Shown: positions 16,229 to 16,756 of the stretch, piece by piece
Layout: each line of letters begins with the position of its first letter
Numbering within the stretch: position 1 is the stretch's first letter
NCBI GenBank assembly: GCA_031431875.1
Contig: JANPEF010000080.1
Span: 1-16,756, forward strand
Direction: 5' to 3'
DNA length: 16,756 bases
From: Candidatus Eiseniibacteriota bacterium
GTDB taxonomy: Bacteria > Eisenbacteria > RBG-16-71-46 > DASYSL01
Translations under genes and position numbers: made by a program
Notes under the pieces: model-generated
Told to the model about the DNA's origin: nothing
What the model saw: the letters and a program-made list of their open reading frames with translations, nothing else
The model's database searches: none

Positions 16229-16756
16229 CTAGCCGCTGACCACCAGCGGCGGTCCGCTCGGCACGAGCGGCGCCTCGACCCGCTCGAGCGTCACGAACAA
16301 GCGCTCCACCGGCGTGGAGTAGGACTCGACCGGAATCGGCAGCTGGTTGCGCACCACGCCATCCTCCCCGACCGAGAGGTCCCCGCAATAGACCGGCTTC
16401 GACGCGACCTGCGCCCACAGGCGGTAGACCTTGCCCGCCTCCGGTGCCGGCAGGCGATGCAGCGCGACGGCGCCGCGCTTCGCGTCGAGGTCGAGCAGCA
16501 CCGAGCCGAACGCCCCCTTCATCGGGGACTTCCCCTTCATCGCGAACGCCTGGACGACGTTCGGCTGCTGCAGCGTCGAGTTCACCTCGCCCTGCAGTGC
16601 GAGCTCGCGACGCAGTCGCGTGTTCTCGACGCCGAGCACGAACACCGCGACCGCGGCGGCCAGGGCCATGGCGGGCGCGAGCCAGGTCCGGCGCGGCCGG
16701 GGCGTGCCGATGGTGCGGGCCCGGGCCATCGTCGCGGGGACGCCGGCCGGCGCGTC
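16229..16756 (-). CDS. Anti-sigma factor, RskA-like (5' end outside the window)
   Basis: Frame is open to the window end. One TM helix (WLAPAMALAAAVAVFVLGV), a short coiled coil (ENTRLRREL), then RskA C-terminal-like motifs LPAPEAGKVYRLWA and LFVTLE...PSGP. Confidence 0.8.
   Translation of the reverse strand, partial: DAPAGVPATMARARTIGTPRPRRTWLAPAMALAAAVAVFVLGVENTRLRRELALQGEVNSTLQQPNVVQAFAMKGKSPMKGAFGSVLLDLDAKRGAVALHRLPAPEAGKVYRLWAQVASKPVYCGDLSVGEDGVVRNQLPIPVESYSTPVERLFVTLERVEAPLVPSGPPLVVSG

Noticed and set aside
10107..16418. Long minus-strand ORFs 10107..12167, 12625..14742 and 14571..16418
   Set aside because: Shadows of the DUF3943, mscS and AlgE-like genes or off-frame overlaps of ubiX/ubiA; Arg/Pro/Gly-rich, no motifs.

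Overview
Gene-dense, very GC-rich bacterial DNA from a diderm organism (three outer-membrane proteins and a lipoprotein are encoded). The backbone is a dispersed futalosine-pathway menaquinone cluster on the minus strand: UbiA/MqnP prenyltransferase, ubiX-ubiD (MqnL-type decarboxylase pair) and mqnE-mqnA-mqnC. It is followed by an OprO/OprP-family porin and yjbQ; no mqnB or mqnD is visible in the window. Three two-gene modules are interleaved: (i) a HEAT-repeat protein coupled to an HD-GYP-like protein that has lost nearly all catalytic/metal residues, (ii) a DUF3943 outer-membrane protein plus a small lipoprotein, and (iii) MscS plus an alginate-export-like beta-barrel. The window ends in the 3' part of an RskA-type anti-sigma factor. 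The best candidate for an undescribed system is the HEAT/pseudo-HD-GYP pair: the two proteins appear to share an N-terminal domain, both end in Ala-Ala, and a hairpin downstream of them could occlude the mqnE ribosome-binding site in read-through transcripts. Several genes look leaderless. All family calls come from motif recognition by eye, not database searches.
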